DNA from: Methanocorpusculum sp.
GTDB lineage: Archaea > Halobacteriota > Methanomicrobia > Methanomicrobiales > Methanocorpusculaceae
NCBI GenBank assembly: GCA_029987235.1
Contig: DALTWF010000003.1
Location: 2,641-66,640 of the forward strand
Direction of reading: 5' to 3'
Length of the DNA: 64,000 bases
A program made the translations under genes and the position numbers. Positions 10,953-21,237 of this stretch are shown here, in pieces. The notes under the pieces are model-generated. The model did not search any database, was not told where the DNA came from, and saw nothing but the letters and a program-made list of their open reading frames with translations. Numbering within the stretch: the stretch's first letter is position 1; each line of letters starts with the position of its first letter.

Positions 10953-11824
10953 TTTACGCAGGAAAAGAGACCGGTATTTTAGTCCAGGGCGCAACAGGTT
11001 CCCAGGGGCGTTTCCATCTGAATCTGATGAATGAATACGCCCGCAAAGTCGGTGGATGCGGCGCTGTTGCAGGAATGACACCCGGAAAAGGCGGTCAGGA
11101 TGTTTTCGACGTACCGGTTTACGACACAGTATCTGAAGCCTGCGATGCGCATGAAATCGGTGCTTCGGTAATCTTTGTTCCGAGCGGAGGATGCGGCGAT
11201 TCGATTATGGAGGCGGCAGACGCAGGAATTCCAACCATCGTAACCATTACCGAACATGTCCCGGTTCACGATGTAATGAAGGCAATCGGCTATGCAGAAA
11301 AATGCGGCTCAAAGGTAATCGGTCCGAACTGCCCGGGAATGCTTATTCCTGATGAGTGTAAACTCGGCATTATTCCGGCAAATCTCTGCAAAAAAGGAGA
11401 TATCGGCGTTGTTTCCCGGAGCGGAACACTTACCTATCAGGTTATTTCCGAACTGACCAATGCAGGCATGGGTCAGTCAGGAATCATAGGAATCGGAGGA
11501 GATTCTGTCATCGGTCAGTCGTTTACCGATGTAATTAACGAATTCCATGCAGACGGCCGCACCAAAGCGGTTGTCTTAATCGGGGAAGTCGGCGGCAATC
11601 TCGAATACGAAGGCGCAAAACGCGCAATCGAACTCGGCATTCCGGTTGTTTCCTATATTGCAGGAATTTCCGCACCGAAAGAAAAACGCATGGGTCACGC
11701 AGGTGCAATTGTGGAAGGGGGCGAAGGTGACGCTGCATCCAAGATTGAACGCCTGAAGACACTTGATATCCCAGTTGCAACACGCCCATCGGAAATCCCG
11801 TCATTAATGAAGGAGGCGAAATGA
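10949..11824 (+). CDS. sucD: succinyl-CoA synthetase alpha subunit
   Basis: QGATG, IGPNCPG, SRSGTLTY, RMGHAGA. Confidence 0.95.
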   Translation: MIYAGKETGILVQGATGSQGRFHLNLMNEYARKVGGCGAVAGMTPGKGGQDVFDVPVYDTVSEACDAHEIGASVIFVPSGGCGDSIMEAADAGIPTIVTITEHVPVHDVMKAIGYAEKCGSKVIGPNCPGMLIPDECKLGIIPANLCKKGDIGVVSRSGTLTYQVISELTNAGMGQSGIIGIGGDSVIGQSFTDVINEFHADGRTKAVVLIGEVGGNLEYEGAKRAIELGIPVVSYIAGISAPKEKRMGHAGAIVEGGEGDAASKIERLKTLDIPVATRPSEIPSLMKEAK

Positions 11825-12633
11825 ATCCGGAAAACCAGTATTCCGTAATGCTTGAATCAGCAGACAAACTGGCAAAATCTGTCGGAGCGGTCGCAATAAT
11901 TTCTTTTGTTCCAAAGGAAAATGACCTCGTTCTTGAAACTCCGGTGGTAAACGTCCTGGATATTCAGCCGGAAATTCTGCGCGACCCATCAATGGAATCG
12001 GTCGTGGAATACTGTACTGACCGGGTAATGGATGCGGTCGTACAGTACCGCATGATGACAAAATCTTCCAGCGGAAACGTTGTTGCGGTTTTCCCGTATG
12101 CAATTCTGATTTATGACATAGAAAACACCGATACGGAACTGTCATTCCTCGATTACAGGGAAATTGCAGACCCGGACGTGCTTCATGCTGTGCTTTCTCT
12201 TGCGCTTGAGATTGCGCACGACGGACGCGAAGGGCGCTCAATAGGAACCGCATTTATTGTCGGCGACATCGAGGAAATCAAGCGCTGGTCGCATCAGGGC
12301 GTTCTCAATCCGTATGAAGGGCACCCGAAGGAGGTCCGAAACATTATGGACGAGGCAAACTGGGAAAGCATCAAGGAATTCGCCCAGCTTGACGGCGCGT
12401 TTATTGTCGGAAAAGACGGAATAGTTGAAGCTGCCGGCCGTTTCCTTGATGCGGACGGTCGTGATGTCGCAGTTCAGTCAGGTCTTGGCGGACGCCATCT
12501 CGCAAGTGCGGCAATTACAAAGGTCACTCCGTCTGTTGGAATTACTGTTTCGGAATCCGGCGGCGTAATTCGCGTTTTCGTTGCAGGAAAAGCTGTTTCA
12601 GTTATCAGAACCGATTTACGGCTTGATTTATAA
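11821..12633 (+). CDS. dacZ: diadenylate cyclase (DacZ-like, DisA_N domain)
   Basis: EGRSIGT, LDGAFI and GLGGRH motifs of the DAC domain; ATGA overlap with sucD. Confidence 0.8.
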   Translation: MNPENQYSVMLESADKLAKSVGAVAIISFVPKENDLVLETPVVNVLDIQPEILRDPSMESVVEYCTDRVMDAVVQYRMMTKSSSGNVVAVFPYAILIYDIENTDTELSFLDYREIADPDVLHAVLSLALEIAHDGREGRSIGTAFIVGDIEEIKRWSHQGVLNPYEGHPKEVRNIMDEANWESIKEFAQLDGAFIVGKDGIVEAAGRFLDADGRDVAVQSGLGGRHLASAAITKVTPSVGITVSESGGVIRVFVAGKAVSVIRTDLRLDL

Positions 12634-12671
12634 TCTATTTTTTGAAAATGAGATAAACGGGTTTTGCCCGT

Positions 12672-13055
12672 TTATTTTGCGACCCAGAGTCCGTGCTTGT
12701 TGCAGTACTCATATGCAACACCGGATTTTGCATCGGTCTTTACGATAAATTCCGGTTTGTCGCCTGCTTTGAGCATCTTTCTGTGAACAATACCGGTGTC
12801 TTCGATAAAGGTAATCCACTCGATGAAGTGGTCCGAGTCCATCGGGTGCTGGACACTGCCGACAACAATCCTGAATCCGCCGTCGATTTTTTCAACTGCA
12901 GGAACGTGCTTTTCCTTTGCTGCATCGGTGGTGTTTGCAATTAACTGTTCCATCGGCTTTCCGCAGCAGATGAATTCCTGTCCTGCACCTGCATGGAGAA
13001 CGTGAATAATGTTGCCGCAGACCGGACACTTGTAAACCTGGTTGTATTTTACCAT
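12672..13055 (-). CDS. dfx: desulfoferrodoxin (superoxide reductase)
   Basis: YKCPVCGN...CCGKPM, EKHVP, HPM...HFI, YCNKHGLW; start moved to the MVKYNQ ATG. Confidence 0.93.
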   Translation of the reverse strand: MVKYNQVYKCPVCGNIIHVLHAGAGQEFICCGKPMEQLIANTTDAAKEKHVPAVEKIDGGFRIVVGSVQHPMDSDHFIEWITFIEDTGIVHRKMLKAGDKPEFIVKTDAKSGVAYEYCNKHGLWVAK

Positions 13056-13144
13056 GCATGAATATTGGTCAACTATCATTAAATAGATTTGGATAGGGGC
13101 ACATTCCGAACGCATTAAGGGGAATAAAACCAAATAAATATACC

Positions 13145-14005
13145 ATGAAATCCTGTTTAATCGTCGAAGGCGGAGGTATGAAATGTGCACACTCTGCGGG
13201 GGTGCTTGACCGTTTCATTGATGAAAATATTACATTCGACGAGGTAATCGGTGTCTCGGCAGGAGCTGCAAATGCGGCCTCATATCTTGCCGGACAGAGG
13301 GGAAGAAACCTGCGGTTTTACACGACCCATATGCATGAACCGGAATATATGGGTGTGAAAAACTTTATTCTTCACGGCCAGTACTTTAATCTGCAGTATA
13401 TCTACGGGACACTGACCAACAAAGACGGAGCAGATGCTATTGATTATCCGGCGGTTTGCAGAAATCCGGCAGAATTATACATTACAGCAACCGAGGCGGA
13501 AAGCGGATGCGCCCGCTATTTTTCCAAAACCGAGATGAATCAGGATGATTATCGGGCGATTATGGCGGGCTGCTGTCTTCCGGTTATGTGCAGACCGATA
13601 GAAATTGACGGGCGGCATTATTATGACGGGGGGGTTGCCGATTCGATTCCGATTGAAAAAGCATTAGCAGACGGCTGCGATAAAATTGTGCTTCTTCTTG
13701 CAAATGAACGGGGATTTGTCCGTCAGCCGCAGAAATACAAGGTGCTGTACCATATTTTACTGCATAAATTTCCGGAGACGGTGAAAAAAATCGATTCACG
13801 ATATCTGCGCTACCGAAAAACACTTGACTTTATTATGCAGCTGGAAAAGGAGGGCAGGGTCTTTGTAATCTGTCCGTCTGATTTGTGCGGGGTGACGACA
13901 AGTTCAATGGATGATTTCGCGCATCAGAAACTTTACGAACAGGGTATCAGGGATTTTGAGTCGGTAAAAGATGCGCTCTATTCCTATCTGAATAAATCCG
14001 AATGA
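13145..14005 (+). CDS. patatin-like phospholipase
   Basis: EGGGMK, GVSAG, DGG motifs. Confidence 0.9.
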   Translation: MKSCLIVEGGGMKCAHSAGVLDRFIDENITFDEVIGVSAGAANAASYLAGQRGRNLRFYTTHMHEPEYMGVKNFILHGQYFNLQYIYGTLTNKDGADAIDYPAVCRNPAELYITATEAESGCARYFSKTEMNQDDYRAIMAGCCLPVMCRPIEIDGRHYYDGGVADSIPIEKALADGCDKIVLLLANERGFVRQPQKYKVLYHILLHKFPETVKKIDSRYLRYRKTLDFIMQLEKEGRVFVICPSDLCGVTTSSMDDFAHQKLYEQGIRDFESVKDALYSYLNKSE

Positions 14006-14031
14006 AAAAAAAAAGTATTGATTAAATCCGT

Positions 14032-14193
14032 TTAGAATACGAGATTTAAGATGTAGATTAAAATACCGAGGATACCTGCGGTAATTAATACGTACGTTGG
14101 TTTGATGTGTATTGCCGTCTTTGTGTCTGCATCATAGTAGGTGACTAAACCTGCTGATGAGGACGGCCCTCTTTCTCCGGTCTTCTTTGCCAT
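14032..14193 (-). CDS. secG: preprotein translocase subunit SecG/Sec61-beta (53 aa, not in ORF track)
   Basis: Translated by hand: MAKKTGERGPSSSAGLVTYYDADTKTAIHIKPTYVLITAGILGILIYILNLVF; SAGLxxYY plus C-terminal TM is the Sec61-beta signature. Confidence 0.9.
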   Translation of the reverse strand: MAKKTGERGPSSSAGLVTYYDADTKTAIHIKPTYVLITAGILGILIYILNLVF

Positions 14194-14243
14194 ACCTTAT
14201 TATATTATTCTTTCAAACATATAAAGCAGAAGGAAAAATCTGC

Positions 14244-15257
14244 ATGGGGCATGAAGAAATCTATTCCGGACTTGCGTTCACCGGTCGCGAATTACTGCCT
14301 GAATCTGTTGATATAGCCGTAAATAACGGCAGAATTACAGAAATCACGCAGGCAGCAGGCGCGCCAAAACATATTATCATCCCGAAATTTTTCAATGCCC
14401 ATACGCATCTTGCAGATACGGTGGCGATGGATTTACCGGTTGACCGGTCTTTAGCTGAACTTGTTGCGCCCCCGAACGGATTAAAACACCGGATTCTCGC
14501 GCAGACCAAAGACTCTGACCTGGTTTCAGCCATGCGCGGTTCAATTGAGTTTATGAAAATGTCAGGTACGGCAGGTTTTGCGGATTTCCGCGAGGGGGGT
14601 ACGCACGGCGTCTCTTTACTGGAGGAGGCGGCGCGCGGTTCCGGGATGGAGGCAGTAATTCTCGGGCGCGACGGCGGAGAATGTGCTGCAGACGGCTGCG
14701 GGCTTTCAAGTGCGCACGGAACGGAAGAGGAGGCGCGCCTTCGCGATAAGGTGAAGAAAGCAGGCGGTATTTTTGCGGTGCACGCAGGAGAGAAAGGCAC
14801 CGATGACATTGAAGACGCGTTTGCGCTTGAGCCGGATTTCATTGTGCATGCAACCCGTTTCAGACCGCAGGATATCAGGCAGACGGCAGATATGCAGATT
14901 CCGGTTGTTGTCTGCCCGCGTTCGAACTGGCAGCTTCATGTTGCGTGCGGCCCGCAGACGCCACCAATAAGAGAGCTGCTTGATGCGGGATGCAAAGTGT
15001 ATTTAGGAACGGACAACTGCATGTTTGTGTCGCCTGATATGTGTGCCGAATGTGCTTTTGTGCATACGGTGTACAATCTCAAATCAGAGGAAATTCTGCG
15101 GGCCGCAGTCTGTGGAGCGGAACTTTCCAGCGGGCAGTGGGCAATTGAGAAAGGAAATCCCGCACGATTTTCGGTGCTTGATATAGGCTATGCAAAAACC
15201 TGGTCAAAGGATATTATTGCCTCGGTTTTTTCCAGAAGGGCGGTGCAAATCCGCTAA
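14244..15257 (+). CDS. metal-dependent amidohydrolase/deaminase
   Basis: NAHTH, HAGE, VHA, CPRSN, LGTD motifs; start moved to MGHEE. Confidence 0.85.
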   Translation: MGHEEIYSGLAFTGRELLPESVDIAVNNGRITEITQAAGAPKHIIIPKFFNAHTHLADTVAMDLPVDRSLAELVAPPNGLKHRILAQTKDSDLVSAMRGSIEFMKMSGTAGFADFREGGTHGVSLLEEAARGSGMEAVILGRDGGECAADGCGLSSAHGTEEEARLRDKVKKAGGIFAVHAGEKGTDDIEDAFALEPDFIVHATRFRPQDIRQTADMQIPVVVCPRSNWQLHVACGPQTPPIRELLDAGCKVYLGTDNCMFVSPDMCAECAFVHTVYNLKSEEILRAAVCGAELSSGQWAIEKGNPARFSVLDIGYAKTWSKDIIASVFSRRAVQIR

Positions 15258-15380
15258 GACGAAGTTTGTCCATTCGCTACATTTAAGAAAAGCAGTTACA
15301 TATATATTAGTATATATGGATAATCAGTTGACTTCGGACTTCCCGAAAAATAGATTTGCCGCAAATGCGGCGTGGGCTTT

Positions 15381-16667
15381 ATGAGTGAAATAGTTTATAT
15401 ATACATATTAGTTTTTGTAGTTCTGCTGTCATTATCAGCATTTTTCTCCGCATCGGAAGTGGCTCTTGTCGGAATCAACCGTGCCAAAGTAAAAGCGCTT
15501 GCTGAAACCGAAAAAAGAGGAAAACTCCTTGATAAATTAAAGGAAAAACCGGACCATTTCCTGATTACGATTCTGATTGGAAACAATCTGGTAAATATCG
15601 GAGCAACCGCTCTTGCAACAAAAATTGCGCTTGATCTTTTCGGTGATGCGGGAGTTGCTGTTGCAACAGGTGTTGTGACTGTACTGGTCCTCATCTTCGG
15701 CGAAATCGGACCGAAAACCTATACCAACCACCATCAGGAAAAAATTGCCCTCCTGGTCTCCCCGGTGATTTACGTACTCACCCTGATTCTTTCACCGGTG
15801 TACTGGATAATGGATAAAATCAAGGGAATCGGAAAAGAAGAAGGCGAGGAATTACCGGCCGTTACCGAAGAGGAAATCAGAGAATGGATTGACGTAGGCG
15901 AAATGGAAGGCGCAATCGAAGAGGAAGAAAAAGAGATGATTTATTCCGTCCTCCGTTTCAACGACACCACCGCAAAGGAAATCATGACACCGAGACCGGA
16001 TGTTACCGCAATTGAAGACATTGTCACCGTTGAAGAAGCGGTAAAATACTTCAGAGACACAGGATTCTCACGTTTTCCAATATATCATGAGAAAATCGAC
16101 AATATAGTCGGTACACTTAATTTCAAGGATGTCTTCAATGCTTATGCTTCAGGAAAACTTAATGCGCCGGTAAAAACCCTGATGATTGACGTATACTGCG
16201 TGCCGGAATCCAAGAAAATCGATGAACTTCTCCGTGAACTGCAGGTACGCCGTCTTCACATTGCCGTAGTTTTAGATGAATTCGGCGGCTTTTCCGGCGT
16301 GGTTACCTTTGAGGATGTCTTAGAGGAGTTAGTCGGCGATATTATGGATGAAACCGATATTGACGAGGTCTCAGACATCATCGAAATCGGCAAAGGCATT
16401 TATATGATTGATGCACAGACCCGTGTCGCTCTATTAAACGAGGAATTCAGCATAACGCTTCCGGAAGACCCGGGAAATTATGAGACCATCGGAGGTCTCG
16501 TATTCTCCAGCCTCGGTCATATTCCCCGTCTCGGCGAGTCAATCACTGTCTGCGAAGAAGAAGAATGCGGACCGGTTACGCTTGTGGTCACCAAAATGCG
16601 GGGCAGACAGATTTTAAAGGTAAAACTGATGATGACCGTAAAAGAAGAACCGGAAAAAACCGAATAA
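15381..16667 (+). CDS. CNNM/CBS/CorC-domain (hemolysin-like) membrane protein
   Basis: FFSASE, GEIGPK, IMTPR, GFSRFP, DEFGG, EDVLEELVG. Confidence 0.9.
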   Translation: MSEIVYIYILVFVVLLSLSAFFSASEVALVGINRAKVKALAETEKRGKLLDKLKEKPDHFLITILIGNNLVNIGATALATKIALDLFGDAGVAVATGVVTVLVLIFGEIGPKTYTNHHQEKIALLVSPVIYVLTLILSPVYWIMDKIKGIGKEEGEELPAVTEEEIREWIDVGEMEGAIEEEEKEMIYSVLRFNDTTAKEIMTPRPDVTAIEDIVTVEEAVKYFRDTGFSRFPIYHEKIDNIVGTLNFKDVFNAYASGKLNAPVKTLMIDVYCVPESKKIDELLRELQVRRLHIAVVLDEFGGFSGVVTFEDVLEELVGDIMDETDIDEVSDIIEIGKGIYMIDAQTRVALLNEEFSITLPEDPGNYETIGGLVFSSLGHIPRLGESITVCEEEECGPVTLVVTKMRGRQILKVKLMMTVKEEPEKTE

Positions 16668-16738
16668 CTTTTTTTTTATTTTTCCGCACCACATATAACA
16701 AACCTAATATCTCTCTGAGTATAAAACTATTTTTACCT

Positions 16739-17785
16739 ATGAATAAAGCACAGAAACGCTGGCTCATACTTTCCATCAGCATCAGCCTTGCTGTCATTCT
16801 TGTCGTTTTATTCATTACGTTTGACCCAGAATCAACGTTTGAGGCACTGCAGAAAGCAAATCCGTGGATTATTGTCCTCGCGTTTGCCATGCACGTTGTG
16901 TCTCTTCTCTTCTGGGCGCTGCGCATCAAGTTGATGTGCCGCTCATTGGGATATAAAATCGGATTCGGGCACACATTCCGGCTTGTCTGCTCAAACATGT
17001 TTATCGCCTCGGTAACGCCGTCCCAGGTCGGGGGAGAACCGGTGCGCGTTTATGAAATCCATAAAGCGGGCGTGCCTGCGGGTGACGCAACCGCGGTTGT
17101 TATTATGGAACGTGTGTTTGACGGGATTGTTTTAGTATTCTGCACCATTATCAGCGTGATTCTGCTTGCTCTGGTCTTTACCTCGATTCAGCTGCCGCAA
17201 GGCTGGATTTACACCGCATACGCAGCGGCAGTGCTGTTTGCCGTCCTTCTCGGGCTGTTTTTTATTATCTCGAAAAAACCGGAGCTTGGCAAAAAACTCT
17301 GCAAAAAAGTCACCGGATTTTTCATCCGGAAATGGGATTTTGAAAAAAACGGAGCGTTTCAGGCAAAACTGGAGGGCGGTGTCGAGAATTTCTATACAAC
17401 ACTCGGACATTTCACCGGAAAATCCAGATCTGGCATGGCTTACGGGATGTTTTTCTCAACCCTGTACTGGATTAACGAATTTATTATCACCTATGTGGTA
17501 ATATTAGGTCTTGGCGTGCCGTTCAGCCTTGAGGCGTTCTTCCTTTCGTTTATCTTCCAGATTCTGATTACGGTCATTTTAATGATTCCGCTGACACCGG
17601 GCGGTGCAGGAATTGCCGAAGTCTCGCTTGCCGGCTTTTACGCATTTATCGTGCCGTCTTCCGTTCTCGGCATTTTCGTTGTGATATGGCGTCTTATTAT
17701 GTATTACTTCAATCTTGCAGTCGGATTTATTGCAAGTCTTCTGATTCTGCACCGTGAGGCAAAAGGAGAACCAAATGGAACCTAA
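16739..17785 (+). CDS. flippase-like lysylphosphatidylglycerol-synthase TM domain protein
   Basis: TPSQVGGEP and PLTPGGAGIAE motifs; multi-TM. Confidence 0.85.
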   Translation: MNKAQKRWLILSISISLAVILVVLFITFDPESTFEALQKANPWIIVLAFAMHVVSLLFWALRIKLMCRSLGYKIGFGHTFRLVCSNMFIASVTPSQVGGEPVRVYEIHKAGVPAGDATAVVIMERVFDGIVLVFCTIISVILLALVFTSIQLPQGWIYTAYAAAVLFAVLLGLFFIISKKPELGKKLCKKVTGFFIRKWDFEKNGAFQAKLEGGVENFYTTLGHFTGKSRSGMAYGMFFSTLYWINEFIITYVVILGLGVPFSLEAFFLSFIFQILITVILMIPLTPGGAGIAEVSLAGFYAFIVPSSVLGIFVVIWRLIMYYFNLAVGFIASLLILHREAKGEPNGT

Positions 17786-18818
17786 ATATAAAAAACTGCT
17801 CTGGATTTCGATAGGTCTTTCACTTGTCGTACTGCTTGTTGTCGTCATATTCACCTTCAATGATGAAACCATTGAAGCGCTCAAAAACCTGCAGCCGCAG
17901 TATCTTTTATTTGCACTGGGGCTGCATATTCTTGCTCTTGTATTCTGGGGTCTGCGCATTCAGGTGCTGTCGCGTTCTCTCGGCTATAAAGTGCCGCTGT
18001 TTCACTGCGTAAACATGGCTGCAGCAGGTCAGCTGCTTGCCTCGATTACACCATCCAACATCGGCGGTGAGCCGATTCGTATTCATGAATTATACAAGGC
18101 AAAAATCCCTCTTGCCGATTCCACAGCAATTGTTCTTGTCGAACGTCTTTTAGAGGCGTTCCTGCTGGTATTTGGTGTTATCGTCGGTATGACAATGTTT
18201 TCACTGATTTACAACAACGGCGAAATACCACAGGCGGTTATCACTGCTGCCTGGTGCGGAACGGGATTTTTCGTTGCCATTCTTGTGGTATTAATTCTGA
18301 TGATGAGAAAGCCGTCGTTTATCAAAAAAGTCGGTCTGAAAATCACCGGTTTAATCACCAAAAAGATGAGTGAGGAAAAGCAGGAAAAGGTAAAAGGCGA
18401 TGTTATAAAGGGAATTGACCAGTTTTATACAACATTCAGTCACTTTGCCGGAAAAGCCCGCTGGGGTCTTGTTGTCGGATTAATTCTCTCGTTTGCTTTC
18501 TGGGCATGTGAGTATTCGATTGCCTCGGTTATTCTTGTCGGTCTCGGCTATCCGCCAAACATTCTGCTTTCGATTGTTTTCCAGTTAATCATCGCGGTAA
18601 TCTTGATGATTCCGCTGACACCGGGAAGCGCAGGAATTGCCGAACTCTGCTATACCGCATTTTATTCCCTGATTATGCCGACTTCGGTTATCGGTCTTTT
18701 CGTGGTTCTGCTGCGTATGATTCTGTATTATTCAAATCTGCTCCTCGGATTTATCGCCAGTTTCATTATTGTAAAACGGGAAGCGGCAAATCAGGAAGTT
18801 ATTCATGAACCGGATTAG
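17775..18818 (+). CDS. flippase-like TM domain protein (tandem paralog)
   Basis: TPSNIGGEP and PLTPGSAGIAE motifs; paralog of the upstream gene. Confidence 0.85.
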   Translation: MEPKYKKLLWISIGLSLVVLLVVVIFTFNDETIEALKNLQPQYLLFALGLHILALVFWGLRIQVLSRSLGYKVPLFHCVNMAAAGQLLASITPSNIGGEPIRIHELYKAKIPLADSTAIVLVERLLEAFLLVFGVIVGMTMFSLIYNNGEIPQAVITAAWCGTGFFVAILVVLILMMRKPSFIKKVGLKITGLITKKMSEEKQEKVKGDVIKGIDQFYTTFSHFAGKARWGLVVGLILSFAFWACEYSIASVILVGLGYPPNILLSIVFQLIIAVILMIPLTPGSAGIAELCYTAFYSLIMPTSVIGLFVVLLRMILYYSNLLLGFIASFIIVKREAANQEVIHEPD

Positions 18819-19629
18819 TCTGTATGACCAAATCCATTACTCGTTTACGAAAAACAAGCGTACCGAAGACTTTTACCGCGGGGTGTATGAAAAAATCCGC
18901 GCCCGCTTTTACGACCGGCGTACAGATACGCTGAAAGTCGGTTCCTTAACGCTTCCTATGCTTTCGCATTCGGCAAAGCCCACGCGTGAAGAGGTGTATT
19001 ATGCAATGGAAATCGTAGATATTCTCTACCCGGGGCTTTTTGGGCGGTATCACTATTCGGATGAGGGACCGTATGAATGGGGGAGTGTTGAGATACGCCC
19101 GGGCGCAAACGTCTTTGACTGCGGGGCGAATCTGGGTATTTTTTCAGTGTTTGCAGCATGGAAGGGTGCAAATGTCTATGCATTTGAGCCGATAGGAGAA
19201 GCACGCAAAATTCTTTATCAGACGATTTCCCTAAACCCAGGACTTCCCGGGAAAATCCATGTCGAGCCGTATGCGGTGGGAAAAGAGGAGGGAACGGCCG
19301 AATTTACCATTCTGGACGGTACACTGGTCGGCTCGTCCATGGTTTTACAGCAGCAGGGAAGGCATGAACATGTACAGATGACGACAATAGACGCATTCTG
19401 CGAAAAAAACAGCGTACACTGTGATTTCATCAAAGCAGACATAGAAGGTGCCGAGCGGCTGATGCTTGAAGGCGCGCAACATACGTTGAAAAACGATGCG
19501 CCGATGCTTTCCGTCTGCACGTATCACCTCCCTGACGACCCTGATGTGCTGAAAAATCTCGTCCGGTGCGCAAATCCGGGCTATGTGTTTGTTGAAAAGT
19601 GGAAGAAGTTTTACGCAGTCTGCAGATAA
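18805..19629 (+). CDS. FkbM family methyltransferase
   Basis: FDCGANLG, YAFEP, FIKADIEGAE. Confidence 0.9.
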   Translation: MNRISLYDQIHYSFTKNKRTEDFYRGVYEKIRARFYDRRTDTLKVGSLTLPMLSHSAKPTREEVYYAMEIVDILYPGLFGRYHYSDEGPYEWGSVEIRPGANVFDCGANLGIFSVFAAWKGANVYAFEPIGEARKILYQTISLNPGLPGKIHVEPYAVGKEEGTAEFTILDGTLVGSSMVLQQQGRHEHVQMTTIDAFCEKNSVHCDFIKADIEGAERLMLEGAQHTLKNDAPMLSVCTYHLPDDPDVLKNLVRCANPGYVFVEKWKKFYAVCR

Positions 19630-19665
19630 CTCTGTTCCTGCGTGTTTTTTTTTCCGCCGTTCTTT

Positions 19666-21030
19666 TTAGATAAACATCAAAATTATATTTGAAACCATAA
19701 TCACCAGAATACACAGCGGTGCGATATATTTTATCATAACCACAAACATCTTTTTCCAGTGAAAAACCTGTCCGTTTGATACGACTTCATCAGTAATGAT
19801 TTTCGTATCAATCACCCAGCCGACAAAGAAACAGCACAGCAGCGCTGCTGTCGGCAGGAGGAAATTACTTACAAACAAGTCAAGTGCATCCAGTATCGAG
19901 TTGCCGAATATGGTGAAGTTTTTCCAGACTGAATAACCGAGATTTACTACTATTGAAAGTAATGCTGCCGCACTGCATATCACAGCAACTGCTTTTTTAC
20001 GGCTCATGCGATATTTTGACTCGAGGACTGCAACGGGAACTTCAATCAGCGAAAACACTGAAAGAAGAGCTGCTAAAAACACAATGACAAAAAATATTGT
20101 CCCTGCAATAATTCCGGAGTTCGGCAGACCAGCAAGGGCCTGAGGAATTTCCTCAAACAATAGTCTGTTGCCGCTCCCAAGTGATTCAGGATTTCCTCCG
20201 GAAAAGGTAAAGACCATCGGAACAATAAGAATCATTGCCAGAAGGGCAGCTCCAGTATCAAAAATTTCAATGGAATGAACAGATGATTCAATATTTTCCT
20301 TCTTTGCAAGGTACATACCGTAAGTGATATAGATACCGCATCCGATACTCAGTGAGAAAAATACCTGCCCGAGTGCCGCAACAACAGCATCAAAAGAGAA
20401 TTTGGAGAAATCCGGTATCAGACAGTAGGCAAGCCCTTCAAGTCCGCCGGGGAGTGTCAGAACATAAACGGCAAGTCCTGCCATGCCAATAATCAGAATC
20501 GGGACAATGACAATACAAACCTTTTCCAGTCCTTTCTGGACTCCAAAGAGAAGAACAACAGCAGATATGGCGAATACAACAAGTGTCCAGAGGATTGGTT
20601 CAAAACCTGTGCTGAGATATTCCGAGAAAAAGGCACCGTTATCGGCTGCAAGTATCTGGCTTGAACCCGACATATAGGCAAAAGCGTATTTTAATACCCA
20701 GCCGGTAATAACTGTGTAGTATGATAATATCAGAAATGAAATAACAACCGGCAGAATCCCGGATATTTTACCTGTTTTTTTATGTTTTTCGCAGAGACAG
20801 AGAAATGCTTCCGATGTGCTTTTCCCTGTTTTACGTCCAATGGCACATTCTGCAATCATCAGGGTGAATCCAAGAGTTACAACAAAGACGAGGTAGATGA
20901 GGACAAAGACGCCTCCTCCGTATTTTGCAGCAAGGTAGGGGAACCGCCAGATATTTGCAAGCCCTATTGCCGCGGCTGATGCGGTGAGAACAAAGCCGAT
21001 TCTGGTCGCAAATTTGTGTGATTCAGCCAT
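19666..21030 (-). CDS. sodium-dependent transporter (NSS/SNF family)
   Basis: AIGLANIWRFPY, GGG, QVFFSLS. Confidence 0.92.
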   Translation of the reverse strand: MAESHKFATRIGFVLTASAAAIGLANIWRFPYLAAKYGGGVFVLIYLVFVVTLGFTLMIAECAIGRKTGKSTSEAFLCLCEKHKKTGKISGILPVVISFLILSYYTVITGWVLKYAFAYMSGSSQILAADNGAFFSEYLSTGFEPILWTLVVFAISAVVLLFGVQKGLEKVCIVIVPILIIGMAGLAVYVLTLPGGLEGLAYCLIPDFSKFSFDAVVAALGQVFFSLSIGCGIYITYGMYLAKKENIESSVHSIEIFDTGAALLAMILIVPMVFTFSGGNPESLGSGNRLLFEEIPQALAGLPNSGIIAGTIFFVIVFLAALLSVFSLIEVPVAVLESKYRMSRKKAVAVICSAAALLSIVVNLGYSVWKNFTIFGNSILDALDLFVSNFLLPTAALLCCFFVGWVIDTKIITDEVVSNGQVFHWKKMFVVMIKYIAPLCILVIMVSNIILMFI

Positions 21031-21136
21031 AGATAATTATTCACATTATTGTTCCTGAGAAATATTATATTTATCTGAATCGTAAACAGAGATGAGGAAA
21101 AATACAGTCTTTCTTTGGTAAAAATACGTTGAAAAG

Positions 21137-21187
21137 TGCGAAGGAAGGGATTTGAACCCCAGAATCACTACTGAACTAGCCCCTGAA
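21137..21187 (-). pseudogene. 3' half of host tRNA-Leu(CAG), split by the provirus (left att site)
   Basis: Minus strand TTCAGGG-GCTAG-TTCAGTAGTGATTC-TGGGG-TTCAAAT-CCCTT-CCTTCGC-A; its acceptor and anticodon stems pair with the half at 55885-55925. Confidence 0.93.
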
Positions 21188-21237
21188 TATACTGCTGTCC
21201 AACGGCATTATATACCACGCACCACCAATATAAGTGT

